Below, one piece after another: positions 20,249-30,100 of a stretch of DNA of 55,279 nucleotides. Source of the DNA: a virus (Duplodnaviria; Caudoviricetes); IMG/VR virus record IMGVR_UViG_3300019768_000001, positions 1-55,279 of that record, one strand, 5' to 3'. A program made the position numbers and the translations under genes. Every line of letters begins with the position of its first letter. The stretch's first letter is position 1. The notes under the pieces were generated by a model. It was given only the letters and a program-made list of their open reading frames with translations, made no database searches and was not told the DNA's origin.

Positions 20249-20625
20249 CTATCCAGCAATATAAAGACCGGTAAACAACCCGGTAGCAAAGAAAGCCAAG
20301 AGCAATAAGAAGTTATTTACATTGAACGCTTTATTTACATTTACATTCTTTTTGCTTTTAGCATCTAAAAAAACTTCTTCATCTTTTAATAGCCAGCAAT
20401 GCTGATGCCATTTACCTGTATAGCTTAAGACTTTTTCCCCGCACTCAAGGCAAGGGGCAGATTCATGCATATCACAATAATACGCTCTATAACCGCAGTG
20501 CGAGCATACATTAACACGGCCCCATTTTTTATACGGACTGACTAGCCTTACGTACAATGAAGGCGGCATTGATTTTTCTTTCTTTGCTTTATTATCACAA
20601 TTAAAAAACGGGATGGAAGGCATAT
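20249..20625 (-). CDS. Zn-ribbon protein with C-terminal TM segment
   Basis: CSHCG...CLECG; GAGG RBS before MPSIPF. Confidence 0.5.
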
Positions 20626-20732
20626 ACAAACCTCGTAGCAGGTAATCGTAGAAGTAGGAAGCGGCAACACGGTCTACGTTCCATGCTTTCTCCCCGTCGG
20701 GATAGCCGCAAATCAATTATACCACTATCAGT

Positions 20733-20942
20733 CTAAACCGCCATTGCTGCAGCGTATCGCTTACCGTATTCGCCGCCTGCGTACTGTTCGCAGTACTCAA
20801 CAGGCTTGCGGCTAGGGACTTCAAACTCGTCAACCAAAACGTTTTCTTTATTTCTCGGGCTAACGTAATTAGACCAGATGCGAATCATTGGGTTTTTGTG
20901 GCTAGTGTTACGGTTCGGATTGGTTACGGTTACAGTTTTCAT
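20733..20942 (-). CDS. Hypothetical protein
   Basis: ORF preceded by palindromic operator-like site. Confidence 0.5.
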   Translation of the reverse strand: MKTVTVTNPNRNTSHKNPMIRIWSNYVSPRNKENVLVDEFEVPSRKPVEYCEQYAGGEYGKRYAAAMAV

Positions 20943-20968
20943 GGTGTCTGCCTTGTTTGTTTGTTTAT

Positions 20969-20988
20969 TTAAGATGAGTTCATCTTAA
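20969..20988. promoter_or_regulatory. Palindromic operator-like site
   Basis: TTAAGATGA-gt-TCATCTTAA between a TATAAT-like -10 and the start of 20733..20942. Confidence 0.4.
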
Positions 20989-21028
20989 TGTATTAAGCGG
21001 AACAAGTACAGCTTAATATAATTATACC

Positions 21029-22081
21029 TTAGTCTAAACCGGCACGCTCGAATGCTAACGGCTCAAGGGCCCGAAGCTCATCAAGGGTTAATGTTGCGCC
21101 TCTTGCGTCTGTGAATTTGCCTATGCTTAGACTGCCTTGACTGAACAGCTTGTACCGCTCATCACCATCTGGAAATTTAGAAAAATATTCCTTCTGGAAT
21201 GATGCCGGTTGCTTTTTAAGGAATGAATTAAACGTTGTTCGGCTTGATGTAGTGCCCGGGCCATCTGCGCCAACTTCTGGGCGCTCACCTTCAAAGCCGG
21301 GGATTTGTAGATCTTCGCGCAACACTGGAGTTCTCAGGCTTCGACAATTCCAATGAAGAGGCGGAATAGGGCCTGAGCCAACCGGGTATACTTTTCCGTC
21401 AAAACCACTACAAATTAAAGTTGTTCTGGAATCTAGCGTCGCAAGAAACCTTTCGCCCTGGAGGAATTCAGCGTTAGTACGGTAAAACTCCGTCTTAGCC
21501 TCGTTTGCAGCCGATATAGCCGATGTTCTGATTAGAGCGTCTGCCTGATTGCCTAAGCCCGGGGCTAAATCAAGTAAATCCTTTGATATCTGGCTATTTG
21601 TTTTCTGTCCAACGATACCGTCACGAATAACTTGCATCATTTGAGCAGACTTTTTAGAGTCGAACTGATCTAAGGCTTGCTTGATCGATATAGATTGGCC
21701 TGAATTAACGTCATCTATCGTAGGATTAAAAGTTACAGCCTGAGCCAACTGAACCGCAGCAGGAGCGGCAAAGTCAACGGTAGCCACACCGATCAACAAC
21801 CTCTCCTGAAACCCTGCCTCATAAGCAGCAAGCTCTAACGACTCTTGAAGCACCTCGTCTGACCATTCTGACACTGAAGCCAATAGAAAGGCCTCAATCT
21901 CCTGAATCACCGCGCGCTGCCGAAGCTGAGCATCTGGAGTAGTGGCAATCTGACCGGCTACACTGCGCAATATTTCCTGAAGCGCTGGCACCAGATCCTT
22001 GACCATACCCCCGCCACGACGCAATAGGAATATTTGGTGCCGAACTTGTGACTCGATTAAGAACTGGTTTGCGCTCATCAT
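21029..22081 (-). CDS. Head morphogenesis protein (Mu gpF / SPP1 gp7 family)
   Basis: ATLDSRTT.IC...DG...PPLHWNCRS motif. Confidence 0.85.
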   Translation of the reverse strand: MMSANQFLIESQVRHQIFLLRRGGGMVKDLVPALQEILRSVAGQIATTPDAQLRQRAVIQEIEAFLLASVSEWSDEVLQESLELAAYEAGFQERLLIGVATVDFAAPAAVQLAQAVTFNPTIDDVNSGQSISIKQALDQFDSKKSAQMMQVIRDGIVGQKTNSQISKDLLDLAPGLGNQADALIRTSAISAANEAKTEFYRTNAEFLQGERFLATLDSRTTLICSGFDGKVYPVGSGPIPPLHWNCRSLRTPVLREDLQIPGFEGERPEVGADGPGTTSSRTTFNSFLKKQPASFQKEYFSKFPDGDERYKLFSQGSLSIGKFTDARGATLTLDELRALEPLAFERAGLD

Positions 22082-23682
22082 CTCACCCAGGAAACGTTAA
22101 TATTGGTTATAGGAGTAAATCGCTTGTGCATGCAGCGATACCTGAAAGCGTCGTAATCGTGATCTTCTTGATCTGTATCAACGTCATCAGGGTTCTTACT
22201 GTCACGCGAAAGAATAGGGAATCGAGATATAAACCCCCGGCAGTTTTCGAATATATAAACACCAGGTCTATCACCTACGCCCGACTCTGACTCTTTGGCC
22301 TCAACAGCCCCTTCTAGCAGCTCACAAATCAACTGAGCACCATTAACCCTTGACCCCGGCTTCTTGTTTGCCGGTAGCCATTCGACACCCTGAGCACTCA
22401 TCTTATCACCGATAGAAACCTGATCATCGTCAGTGTTGTAAATCGCAGAATCAGCAGGGCCAGCTTTAACGGATTCGCATATCGTGCCGGGAATCATATT
22501 AATCTGACCATCTATCTTGCCTTCTATGCCGCTACCGGACAGCAAAGACTGATCTATCAGCTTAACAACCTTGGCAACATTGGTAGAGGACATAGACAGC
22601 CCTTTGTTCACCTCATCAGGCTGACAACCGTAGTACTCAGCAATCATAAATATACTGCCACGGGCAAACTCTCTTGATTTACCGTCAATAACAACAGGTG
22701 AACCGTCTGACTCAGCAAACCATAGGTTGGAAAATGGCTTTGATTCACCCCAATCATGCGACCTGTCAACAATCCAGCCCTTCGGCACTTTAAACGGTTT
22801 AACGATATGGACAGACTCTTTCCACAACCAATCAAATCTACCGCCAGAGGTTACAGACCAATCACCGTCAACCCAAGCCTTGCGCTTATTTGGGTCTTTG
22901 ATGCTCATCAGGAAGGCGATATAGGTTCTATCAAGGTATGGATTTTCTCTCCAGCTACCATGGATGGCGACACGTGTCAGCTCGATTTCTTCAGGATCGT
23001 TACCGTCCTGCATATCAACAAGGATTTTTTCGCGCTGAATCCTACCTCTTGGCACCGGGTCAATAAATCGACGCTTAACCCATGAATGCCCAACACCAAA
23101 AGGATTTGTCGTGCTGAAACATTCAAGAGGTATAGGAGGTAACAGGCTTCCATTAGGGAGCGGGTAGTCTTCAGGCCTGAATGATGACCGCATACAAGAG
23201 AACATAGACTCATAAAACTCAGAATCAGCCCTCTTTGTCAGCTCGTTATGACCGACAAAAGGGAACTCTTGACCATGGTAGTTCCAATAGCCGTCAGCTT
23301 TCTGCTCATACCGAAACAGTAGTTCTTCGCCAGTAGGCCAAACCCATTTTAACTCAGAGTTAGACGATAGGAATCTAGCGCCATCACCAAACTTAGAGTA
23401 AAGCTTCTTTGATTGAGCAATAATATCAGCAAGGTTTTTATACTCAATATCGAATATAACCCCTTTCCAGAAAGCACCGTAACCACGACCAACAAGGCGG
23501 CGAAACCTCATTAGCTGGGCCGCTGTTTTACCTGGCCCTCTTGTCCCGCAATACAGTATTTCGTTGCACGGGCATGATATAGCCAAAGACTGAGATCCAG
23601 GCAATGGCTTTACAACCGCATTATAACTACCCACCGAAAAGCTCGTCTTGATTTTTGGCCGCCATAGCCTCCCAGTCTTCAA
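22078..23682 (-). CDS. terL: Terminase large subunit (true start probably ~23637)
   Basis: Walker A GTRGPGKT, HNELT, TTNPFGVGH, RNase-H-like DWG and DHDYDAFRY. Confidence 0.9.
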   Translation of the reverse strand: MKTGRLWRPKIKTSFSVGSYNAVVKPLPGSQSLAISCPCNEILYCGTRGPGKTAAQLMRFRRLVGRGYGAFWKGVIFDIEYKNLADIIAQSKKLYSKFGDGARFLSSNSELKWVWPTGEELLFRYEQKADGYWNYHGQEFPFVGHNELTKRADSEFYESMFSCMRSSFRPEDYPLPNGSLLPPIPLECFSTTNPFGVGHSWVKRRFIDPVPRGRIQREKILVDMQDGNDPEEIELTRVAIHGSWRENPYLDRTYIAFLMSIKDPNKRKAWVDGDWSVTSGGRFDWLWKESVHIVKPFKVPKGWIVDRSHDWGESKPFSNLWFAESDGSPVVIDGKSREFARGSIFMIAEYYGCQPDEVNKGLSMSSTNVAKVVKLIDQSLLSGSGIEGKIDGQINMIPGTICESVKAGPADSAIYNTDDDQVSIGDKMSAQGVEWLPANKKPGSRVNGAQLICELLEGAVEAKESESGVGDRPGVYIFENCRGFISRFPILSRDSKNPDDVDTDQEDHDYDAFRYRCMHKRFTPITNINVSWVR

Positions 23683-24262
23683 CAGAGTCAGCAGTAGGAA
23701 CTGGCATAATATTGTTGGTTACATTGGCGGTTAGCTGCTCCTTCTCCCACGCCTTGACATTAACATGCTTACCGATCAACTCCAGATTCTTAGTCTTATC
23801 CGGCCATTTGATTTTCTTAACCAGCGTCTCAATAGGTTCATCGCCGCCAGACATGATCGAATGCAGGTCTAAACCGGAAATGGAAGTACGCCAAGATTTG
23901 GGCCATTCACTAAGCGGCTTGAATGCGCTTAGGTCGTCTAACATTATATCAATGATATCTAGCTCATCTATTTCTTTTAAACGCCTTAGAACGTAAATAG
24001 CGTCAACCTGAGCCTCTTTTGATGACACTTCTTTCACTGAATTCAAGAATCCGATGACATCAGGATAGCTTAGGATTTCAGTGCCAGATGTTTCTGGGCT
24101 GTTAGATGGCTTTTTGCCCATGATCTTGCAGGCATCTAGATAGGATTGCTTTTTATTCTGATAACCGTTCTTAATATAAGAGATAGCAACTTGACGCCTT
24201 AATTCGCTCCCAAGACCTGCCAATAGTTCTTTTTGATGTTGCGTTAAATCCATCACACTCAC
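23627..24262 (-). CDS. terS: Terminase small subunit
   Basis: KIKWPDK.KNLELIGKHV.V.A motif; immediately upstream of terL. Confidence 0.85.
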   Translation of the reverse strand: MSVMDLTQHQKELLAGLGSELRRQVAISYIKNGYQNKKQSYLDACKIMGKKPSNSPETSGTEILSYPDVIGFLNSVKEVSSKEAQVDAIYVLRRLKEIDELDIIDIMLDDLSAFKPLSEWPKSWRTSISGLDLHSIMSGGDEPIETLVKKIKWPDKTKNLELIGKHVNVKAWEKEQLTANVTNNIMPVPTADSVEDWEAMAAKNQDELFGG

Positions 24263-24327
24263 AGCCCTGCTGTTTATGTTTTGCGCCCTGCGCGTTAGGC
24301 TTTAGTTTAACACAGATAGTCGAGATA

Positions 24328-24357
24328 AAAAAAAGACCTCCGAAGAGGCCTTTTTTT
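24328..24357. terminator. Bidirectional terminator
   Basis: AGACCTC-cgaa-GAGGCCT flanked by A and T runs. Confidence 0.65.
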
Positions 24358-24367
24358 AACCAGGCGA

Positions 24368-25072
24368 TCAGCCTTTTGTTTCTACATCAAAGCAAATCTT
24401 CATAAATCGAGATGCAGCTTCGTTTCCGATCTTATGCCGATCAATACCAGCATCTTCAGGGATCGAGTCAAAACAGGCCGTTGCTATATTACAATGCCAT
24501 CCATGGGCATAGCTACCGGGTTTTTCAGGCTCGTCATTCCTCATGTGAACCTTTAACGCACGCATGCAGTCTTTAACAGAAATAAACTGATGAATACCAA
24601 TATTACGCATGCCTTCGATAATCTCTTCAGGCGTAGCGATACGGAAATCATCAGGATTGCATGTTCCTAGGTATGAAAACGGCTGAGGGTTATCAGTATC
24701 GTAATCAAACGTATACGAACAGCCTTTTTCCTCTCCTAAGCCAAATACCCACACCCCCTCAGGAAATGCATCTTTAACCGCTTGATATCTTGACTTAGAT
24801 TCCTGAGAATCAGGAGCATCAACATAAACGCCGCGACCATTGGACGTTAGCCCATCCCATCGCCTGCCGACATGCTTTGCGCAAAACTTTTGATACCCTT
24901 CATGATTCTGCTTGAACATATCCAGACCGGTATCAATATCATCAATAACCTGAAACAACATCAGAACCTTTTCACGCAAAAACTTAACGTCATTGCAGTT
25001 TTCAATCAGATTCTCTTCTGTAAACTGACTTCTATCCCGGTTTTCATTCTCAATACCTTGCATTTCAATCAC
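24368..25072 (-). CDS. Hypothetical mosaic protein
   Basis: LF.VIDDIDT..D N-terminal and YA.GWHCNIA...AASRFM C-terminal phage motifs. Confidence 0.6.
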   Translation of the reverse strand: MIEMQGIENENRDRSQFTEENLIENCNDVKFLREKVLMLFQVIDDIDTGLDMFKQNHEGYQKFCAKHVGRRWDGLTSNGRGVYVDAPDSQESKSRYQAVKDAFPEGVWVFGLGEEKGCSYTFDYDTDNPQPFSYLGTCNPDDFRIATPEEIIEGMRNIGIHQFISVKDCMRALKVHMRNDEPEKPGSYAHGWHCNIATACFDSIPEDAGIDRHKIGNEAASRFMKICFDVETKG

Positions 25073-25114
25073 TCTATTCTGTTGTTTAAGTTTTGTTACA
25101 GTGTAACTTTTTAA

Positions 25115-25447
25115 TCAATACCGGCTTCGGCCATATGTCTTCTTTCGGATAAAGTCGTCTCGCATCTTGTCGTTAAAATCAAACCCGTGATCGAATTTAT
25201 TTAAGCTCGACATCAGAGCGCCTAACACTCCAGCGCCATCAGAAAAATCCATCTCGCCAGAATCTGTAAACCCGAAAGCTTCAAGTGAGTCTCTTAACTC
25301 ACTATCACCTGAGCTGTTCAATTCTCCTACTATTTCACTCTGATCAAAGCACGCTTCGAACCCCTGTCTATCAAAAGTTTCAGGGGTGTTTTCAGATATA
25401 TGGATAATAGCCCCGGCACTGCAAACAATATTGTCGGCCATAATCAA
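25115..25447 (-). CDS. Hypothetical protein with N-terminus resembling tail tube proteins
   Basis: SAGAIIHISENTPETFDRQGFEA resembles the tube N-terminus of 4812..5267. Confidence 0.5.
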   Translation of the reverse strand: MIMADNIVCSAGAIIHISENTPETFDRQGFEACFDQSEIVGELNSSGDSELRDSLEAFGFTDSGEMDFSDGAGVLGALMSSLNKFDHGFDFNDKMRDDFIRKKTYGRSRY

Positions 25448-25869
25448 TCCTCCGGGTTAGGGTGAGGGTAGCGCCAGTGTTGAATAAAAGGGTTTATTTC
25501 TGTGATAACGCCAGAATCAACTTGTACCTTCGGGTCATCTGAATGAAGGTATATAGCAAAAAACTGAATACCACCGCTTCTCTTAAAAACAACCCTTTCC
25601 CCCTCTTCAGGCATAGGGCACCCTTCATTAATCTTTACCCACTCTTTGCGTGGGTCTGGTTGTACAATATGCAGCCTATATTTCACAATGTCATATGAAT
25701 TATACGGAGATCCGTTATCTTCCGCGCCGCATAACGACTCCCAGCTCCAAAATTCTGTTCCTGCAAAAATACCGGTCTCGATATCCCCGCATCTAAATTC
25801 AACATCGACAACATCTTTAACGCCAACAGGACAATCCCCGCCTTCCCAGTCTATCCATTTATTTTCCAT
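25444..25869 (-). CDS. Hypothetical protein (MENKWIDWEGGDCPV...)
   Basis: WI.W.GG.CPV...V.V.FR.G...DIV.YR family plus DUF551-like tail. Confidence 0.6.
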   Translation of the reverse strand: MENKWIDWEGGDCPVGVKDVVDVEFRCGDIETGIFAGTEFWSWESLCGAEDNGSPYNSYDIVKYRLHIVQPDPRKEWVKINEGCPMPEEGERVVFKRSGGIQFFAIYLHSDDPKVQVDSGVITEINPFIQHWRYPHPNPED

Positions 25870-25889
25870 ACCATCACCCTCAGTTAAAG

Positions 25890-26210
25890 CTAGATTATGC
25901 CGCATAGCGCAGAAATGTAGAATACGACGAAAGTTGAAGATGTTGTTATGGAGTAAACAATCCGCCTTGACCAATCAAAATCTTTCATTACCGGCAACAT
26001 AGATATTGGTATCAAAGCAACAAATCCGGCCAAGCCAAATACCCATAACAAAAAGTCACCCAAGCCATAAACGGTATCATCTATACCGAAAACCAAAGCG
26101 AACAATACCAAAAGTATCAAGCCAAAAATAACAAACATGGAATACATGCCAGCAAAGTTAATCAGCTGCTCTAGCGTAGGGTATGGGATGGATAGTGTTA
26201 GAGTGTTCAT
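25890..26210 (-). CDS. Membrane protein (3 TM)
   Basis: Hydrophobic segments. Confidence 0.5.
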   Translation of the reverse strand: MNTLTLSIPYPTLEQLINFAGMYSMFVIFGLILLVLFALVFGIDDTVYGLGDFLLWVFGLAGFVALIPISMLPVMKDFDWSRRIVYSITTSSTFVVFYISALCGII

Positions 26211-26761
26211 TCTGATTGATCCATTCCTTCGTTTAGCACCTGCACGGCAATACGCTTGCCTTCTCTGTATGCTTTTTGCTCTGGAGTGTCATCCCTATAA
26301 ATCAGCTGATCAACAGCATGCTGAAGGCCGCACTCTAGGCGATCTATCCTTTTCTTATACCGGCTTAGCGTTTCGGATTCTAGGTCTTCACGGATATTAT
26401 CCAGAGCTTCAGCAAGAACAAAAGATGCGGACATCTCATCGCCCATTGGATTATGATCAAGGTCGTAATCATCAAGGCCTGAGTTTTCTATCTGGAAGTT
26501 ATAATCAAGGTCGTCACACTCTTGATCGCTAAGAACCGATAGCGGGGAAACGTCATCGCCAGCGCTCCAGTCTTGGCAGATGCGGCAACCTGCAATCTCT
26601 GCATGCATGCGTAGAATAGTTGACGCCAGCTGTAATACTTTTAACTCTGTTTCACGGGAAATATTGCGCTTTTTCATCTTTGAAACCTCAAACAAGGTGA
26701 ACTGAAAGGAAGCGGCTGGCAGGCGTTCATCTCTGCCGGGGCTTGCAATCCCCTGCCGCAC
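26207..26761 (-). CDS. Hypothetical protein (likely start MKKRNIS)
   Basis: GAGG RBS; coupled to next gene. Confidence 0.55.
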   Translation of the reverse strand: MRQGIASPGRDERLPAASFQFTLFEVSKMKKRNISRETELKVLQLASTILRMHAEIAGCRICQDWSAGDDVSPLSVLSDQECDDLDYNFQIENSGLDDYDLDHNPMGDEMSASFVLAEALDNIREDLESETLSRYKKRIDRLECGLQHAVDQLIYRDDTPEQKAYREGKRIAVQVLNEGMDQSE

Positions 26762-26771
26762 ATTGATTATA

Positions 26772-27374
26772 TCACGCCTCTTTCCTGTTTTCCCTAACTT
26801 CGCGCATCTGGATCACCTGGCTTTCTATCCCTTTTGCTGCCTCTTCGTGTGCCTGATCGCCCTTTCCCATGGCTTCTACCACCTTTCGTGTTATCGCTAG
26901 ATCATACAAGGCCAAGTCTTTATCTACCGTTTCTTTTTCCGCTAACCCCTTGTAGTAGGCTGCTTTTTCCTCACTCTCTCTAAGCCTTGCTTCGCCTTCC
27001 TTGATTCTTACCTGGCTCTCTTCGTGCTCTCGTTTCTTTTTGGATCGAAAGGATTGGATGGTGTAATAATTAACCACTAAAACGGTGATCATTACCAGAG
27101 CACCGCCGTATAGGCTTATTTGGTCAATTATTGAATCTAGGTTTAGCGCAGTAGCCGCAGAGGTAACAGATGTCCCAGCCGTCCCAGCCGTCCCTGTCAG
27201 TTTATCTTGTATAAGATGCTTTACAGTGTCAGACATAATTGGGATTGCCTCGGAAGTTAGCCAGATAACAATATAAAAAATAGCGGCAGATCGAATTCTA
27301 ATCGCAACTGGGCGCAGCTTTATCCAAATCCATCTGGTTATTGACATAGCCCACACCCCGCGCGTTACCTGCAT
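26772..27374 (-). CDS. Membrane protein, possible holin/antiholin
   Basis: TM segment(s) plus charged C-terminal tail; preceded by terminator and TGCTACAAT promoter. Confidence 0.4.
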   Translation of the reverse strand: MQVTRGVWAMSITRWIWIKLRPVAIRIRSAAIFYIVIWLTSEAIPIMSDTVKHLIQDKLTGTAGTAGTSVTSAATALNLDSIIDQISLYGGALVMITVLVVNYYTIQSFRSKKKREHEESQVRIKEGEARLRESEEKAAYYKGLAEKETVDKDLALYDLAITRKVVEAMGKGDQAHEEAAKGIESQVIQMREVRENRKEA

Positions 27375-27507
27375 TGTAGCATCAAATCGTAGGCATTAAA
27401 AAACCCGCTACCGTAAGGGGTCGGGAGCGGGTTTCAACATGGCACATCAACAAAGGAGTAACGTATCAAGCGAGAGAGCAATTGATAGCCTTACTTTACC
27501 TTTTATT

Positions 27508-29100
27508 TTATAGGACGGCAACTTTTCCAAGTAATTTTCCAGCCAGAATGTCAGCATCAAAGAACTCATCGCCCTCCATAGCTTCGCTGATTAACTTCGA
27601 TAGCTCACTAGACTTTGCGGCATTAAAAAGAACGTCTTCAGCAATAGCATCAACGTGAACTTGCTCAATATCAAAGCCAGCAGGATAAAGGCAGCCAGTA
27701 AAACCCTTTTTATCACGACTGTAAATCAAGCATCCAAGGCCTTCTAGATCATTCCTAAAAGTAACTACATTATCTCCCCCGCCTTTTGATACGCCCAAAA
27801 CAGTTACAACCTTGCCATTGAAGCTGTTAAACCGACTGTAATCTTCATGATATAAAACCACTAATTCAGCGCCAACAGGTGGCATATCACCGTTACGGAA
27901 CCAGTCAGATTCTACGACCTCCACATTAATCGTATTCTGATCAATACTCAGATCACCGATAGAGCCTTCAGCAACAACAGTAAGCCCCGCTATATCCGCC
28001 TCTGCCTGCTTTACACCATCATCAACCCACTCACCGGCATCTAATATGCTAGCTAGCTTTTCGGCTTGAGCGGCGCGAGTATTTTCTCTAGCATCAGCAG
28101 CATAAGCAGCAGCAGCAGCAGCATCAGCAGCAGCATAAGCAGCAGCAGCATAAGCAGCAGCAGCAGATCTTGCCTTAATTAACTCGTCTCTTGTCGCTTT
28201 ACCGTCAATATAATCAATCGTGACTTTCAAGCATTCTGAAACACGATCATCGTTAGACAGATGAGCCACTTGACACGCACACCACCACGCAAAACGCTTC
28301 CAGATATCGGAATACTCAGGCAGCGCACGAAACGTATAAATACAGCCTTTAACTCCAGGTTCAGATTTTATGATATCCGACATATTAAACTGATCATCGT
28401 CAGCTGTTGATTTTCCGCAGTATGCCAGCATGTTTTTCAGTAACTGCTTATTTCCGGTTTCTTTGATCTGATTTAGCGTAATTTTAATGGGCTTCATTTT
28501 ATCAATGCTCTCACCGCTGTCCGTATCGCCAAAGTTTTCCTCATAAGCTTCTTTCATAGACTGCCCCGGCTTGATTGGCGCTTTCTTCTCACCACCAAAA
28601 GCAATACGTTCGCGCTCCAAGGCTTCTTCTCTAGACATGATAATGCAAAACCCATCCATTTTTTCACCTTGACCGTAAAATACGTTCTCTTGCCTATATG
28701 CATCATAAGAAAGCCACTCGCCATTAGCCGTGTATCTAATCTCATGGGTATTATTATTCCAACTCTCAACCTTCGGCCTTCCGGTCATCTGCATCAGGCA
28801 TCTCTCGAACTCTGGTCGCTGACAAATAAACTGGCAATTGCCAGATATAACGCCCTCCATATTATGCCATGTGACCTCTTTTCCCATGTAAAGAGCGGCG
28901 TAATTAGACTCTTTATGCCATTTACCACAAGAAATACGCACAATCTGCTTTAACTCTTCGCTGAACCGTTCCATGCCATCACCCCTATACTGATTTAATT
29001 TATCTTGTTTCTTTCTTTGTTGAATACGGGAGAACAATCTCTTGGCCTCCCAGTCCCAGTTGTTAATATTTGATTTCAACGTTACGAACTTCTTTCGCAT
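27508..29100 (-). CDS. Mosaic multi-domain protein with Imm5-like/Ala-repeat module (likely start ~28974)
   Basis: FAWWCACQV...GKAT.DEL..ARSAAAAYAAAA; C-terminal W...G..PPVG module. Confidence 0.55.
   Translation of the reverse strand: MRKKFVTLKSNINNWDWEAKRLFSRIQQRKKQDKLNQYRGDGMERFSEELKQIVRISCGKWHKESNYAALYMGKEVTWHNMEGVISGNCQFICQRPEFERCLMQMTGRPKVESWNNNTHEIRYTANGEWLSYDAYRQENVFYGQGEKMDGFCIIMSREEALERERIAFGGEKKAPIKPGQSMKEAYEENFGDTDSGESIDKMKPIKITLNQIKETGNKQLLKNMLAYCGKSTADDDQFNMSDIIKSEPGVKGCIYTFRALPEYSDIWKRFAWWCACQVAHLSNDDRVSECLKVTIDYIDGKATRDELIKARSAAAAYAAAAYAAADAAAAAAYAADARENTRAAQAEKLASILDAGEWVDDGVKQAEADIAGLTVVAEGSIGDLSIDQNTINVEVVESDWFRNGDMPPVGAELVVLYHEDYSRFNSFNGKVVTVLGVSKGGGDNVVTFRNDLEGLGCLIYSRDKKGFTGCLYPAGFDIEQVHVDAIAEDVLFNAAKSSELSKLISEAMEGDEFFDADILAGKLLGKVAVL
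28086..28170 (-). repeat. GCT-based poly-Ala coding repeat
   Basis: (GCA)n on plus strand with periodic ATA/TCA interruptions. Confidence 0.85.
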
Positions 29101-30100
29101 TGATCTTTAATACAATGGCCTTTGCGATTTCTTCAGTTACGCCAGCAATCTGCATTAGATCCTCTTTTGCCGCTTTGCGAATAGAGCCTACATGGCGTTT
29201 ATTTGCTTCTCGCTGCTCCTGATCCTGCTTGACCCGTGCAGCTTCTGCATTCTGCCGGTCGATTTCGTCTTGCTTAGCTTTTTCTGCAGCAATCGCCTGA
29301 TCACGCTTAGCCTTTGCTTCAGCCTCAATTCTGGCTTTTTCTACTCGCTCAGCCTCTTCTTTTCGTCGCTGCTCTGCCAATTCCGCTTGAGCCTTAGCCT
29401 GTTCTTCTGCAGCTATACGGTTGCGCTCGGCTTGTGCAGCCTGCTCTTCTGCGCGAAATTTTGCCTGCTCAGCCTCCTGCTTTTCACGCTCAATACGGTC
29501 TTTTTCTTCTTGTGCCTTACGATCAGCCTCAAGACGTGCCTGCTCAGCAGCTTCTTTCTTTAACCGATCGTCACGCTCAGCCTTTTCCTTAGCTTCACGC
29601 TCAATACGTAGCCGTTCAGCCTCGGCAGCTTCTTTGCGCGCTTCTTCGGCAAGACGATCATGCTCTTTGTTCATCAAATCACCAAGCTCATGATCTCGGT
29701 CAATTTGTTCTTTACGCTCAACTTCAAGACGTTCAGCTTCTTCTTTGGCCTTAATTTCTTTCTGATCTTCTTCGTATTCAGTCAATGGCGCCCGAACTTC
29801 TTCTTGCAGGTCAGTTAGAAACTGTTTTGTTAAACGGCCAGTTTCATCGATCTTTTTAGGGATCGCTTTGTATTAATCCGCTAAAGTTTTGCGCTGCTTT
29901 TCAAGAAAAGTCTTCGATTTTGTTACAAACGTAACATTGGCCTTAATGGCCTTTCGACCTTTATCCGTAGAGACATCAGGTACATGCTGCCGGGCTTTCT
30001 CAGCAATCGCTGCAAGCACATCATCAACTTTATCGCCTTTGGTGAAAAATGGCACCAGATCCAGATTCTCAACTACCGCTAATTCATTGCTCATTTCCAT
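29063..30100 (-). pseudogene. Conserved phage coiled-coil gene split by one in-frame TAA (29873-29875)
   Basis: Track ORFs 29873..30100 and 29063..29785 are in frame; read-through gives LAD*YKAIPKKIDE...EVRAPLTEYE. Confidence 0.7.
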
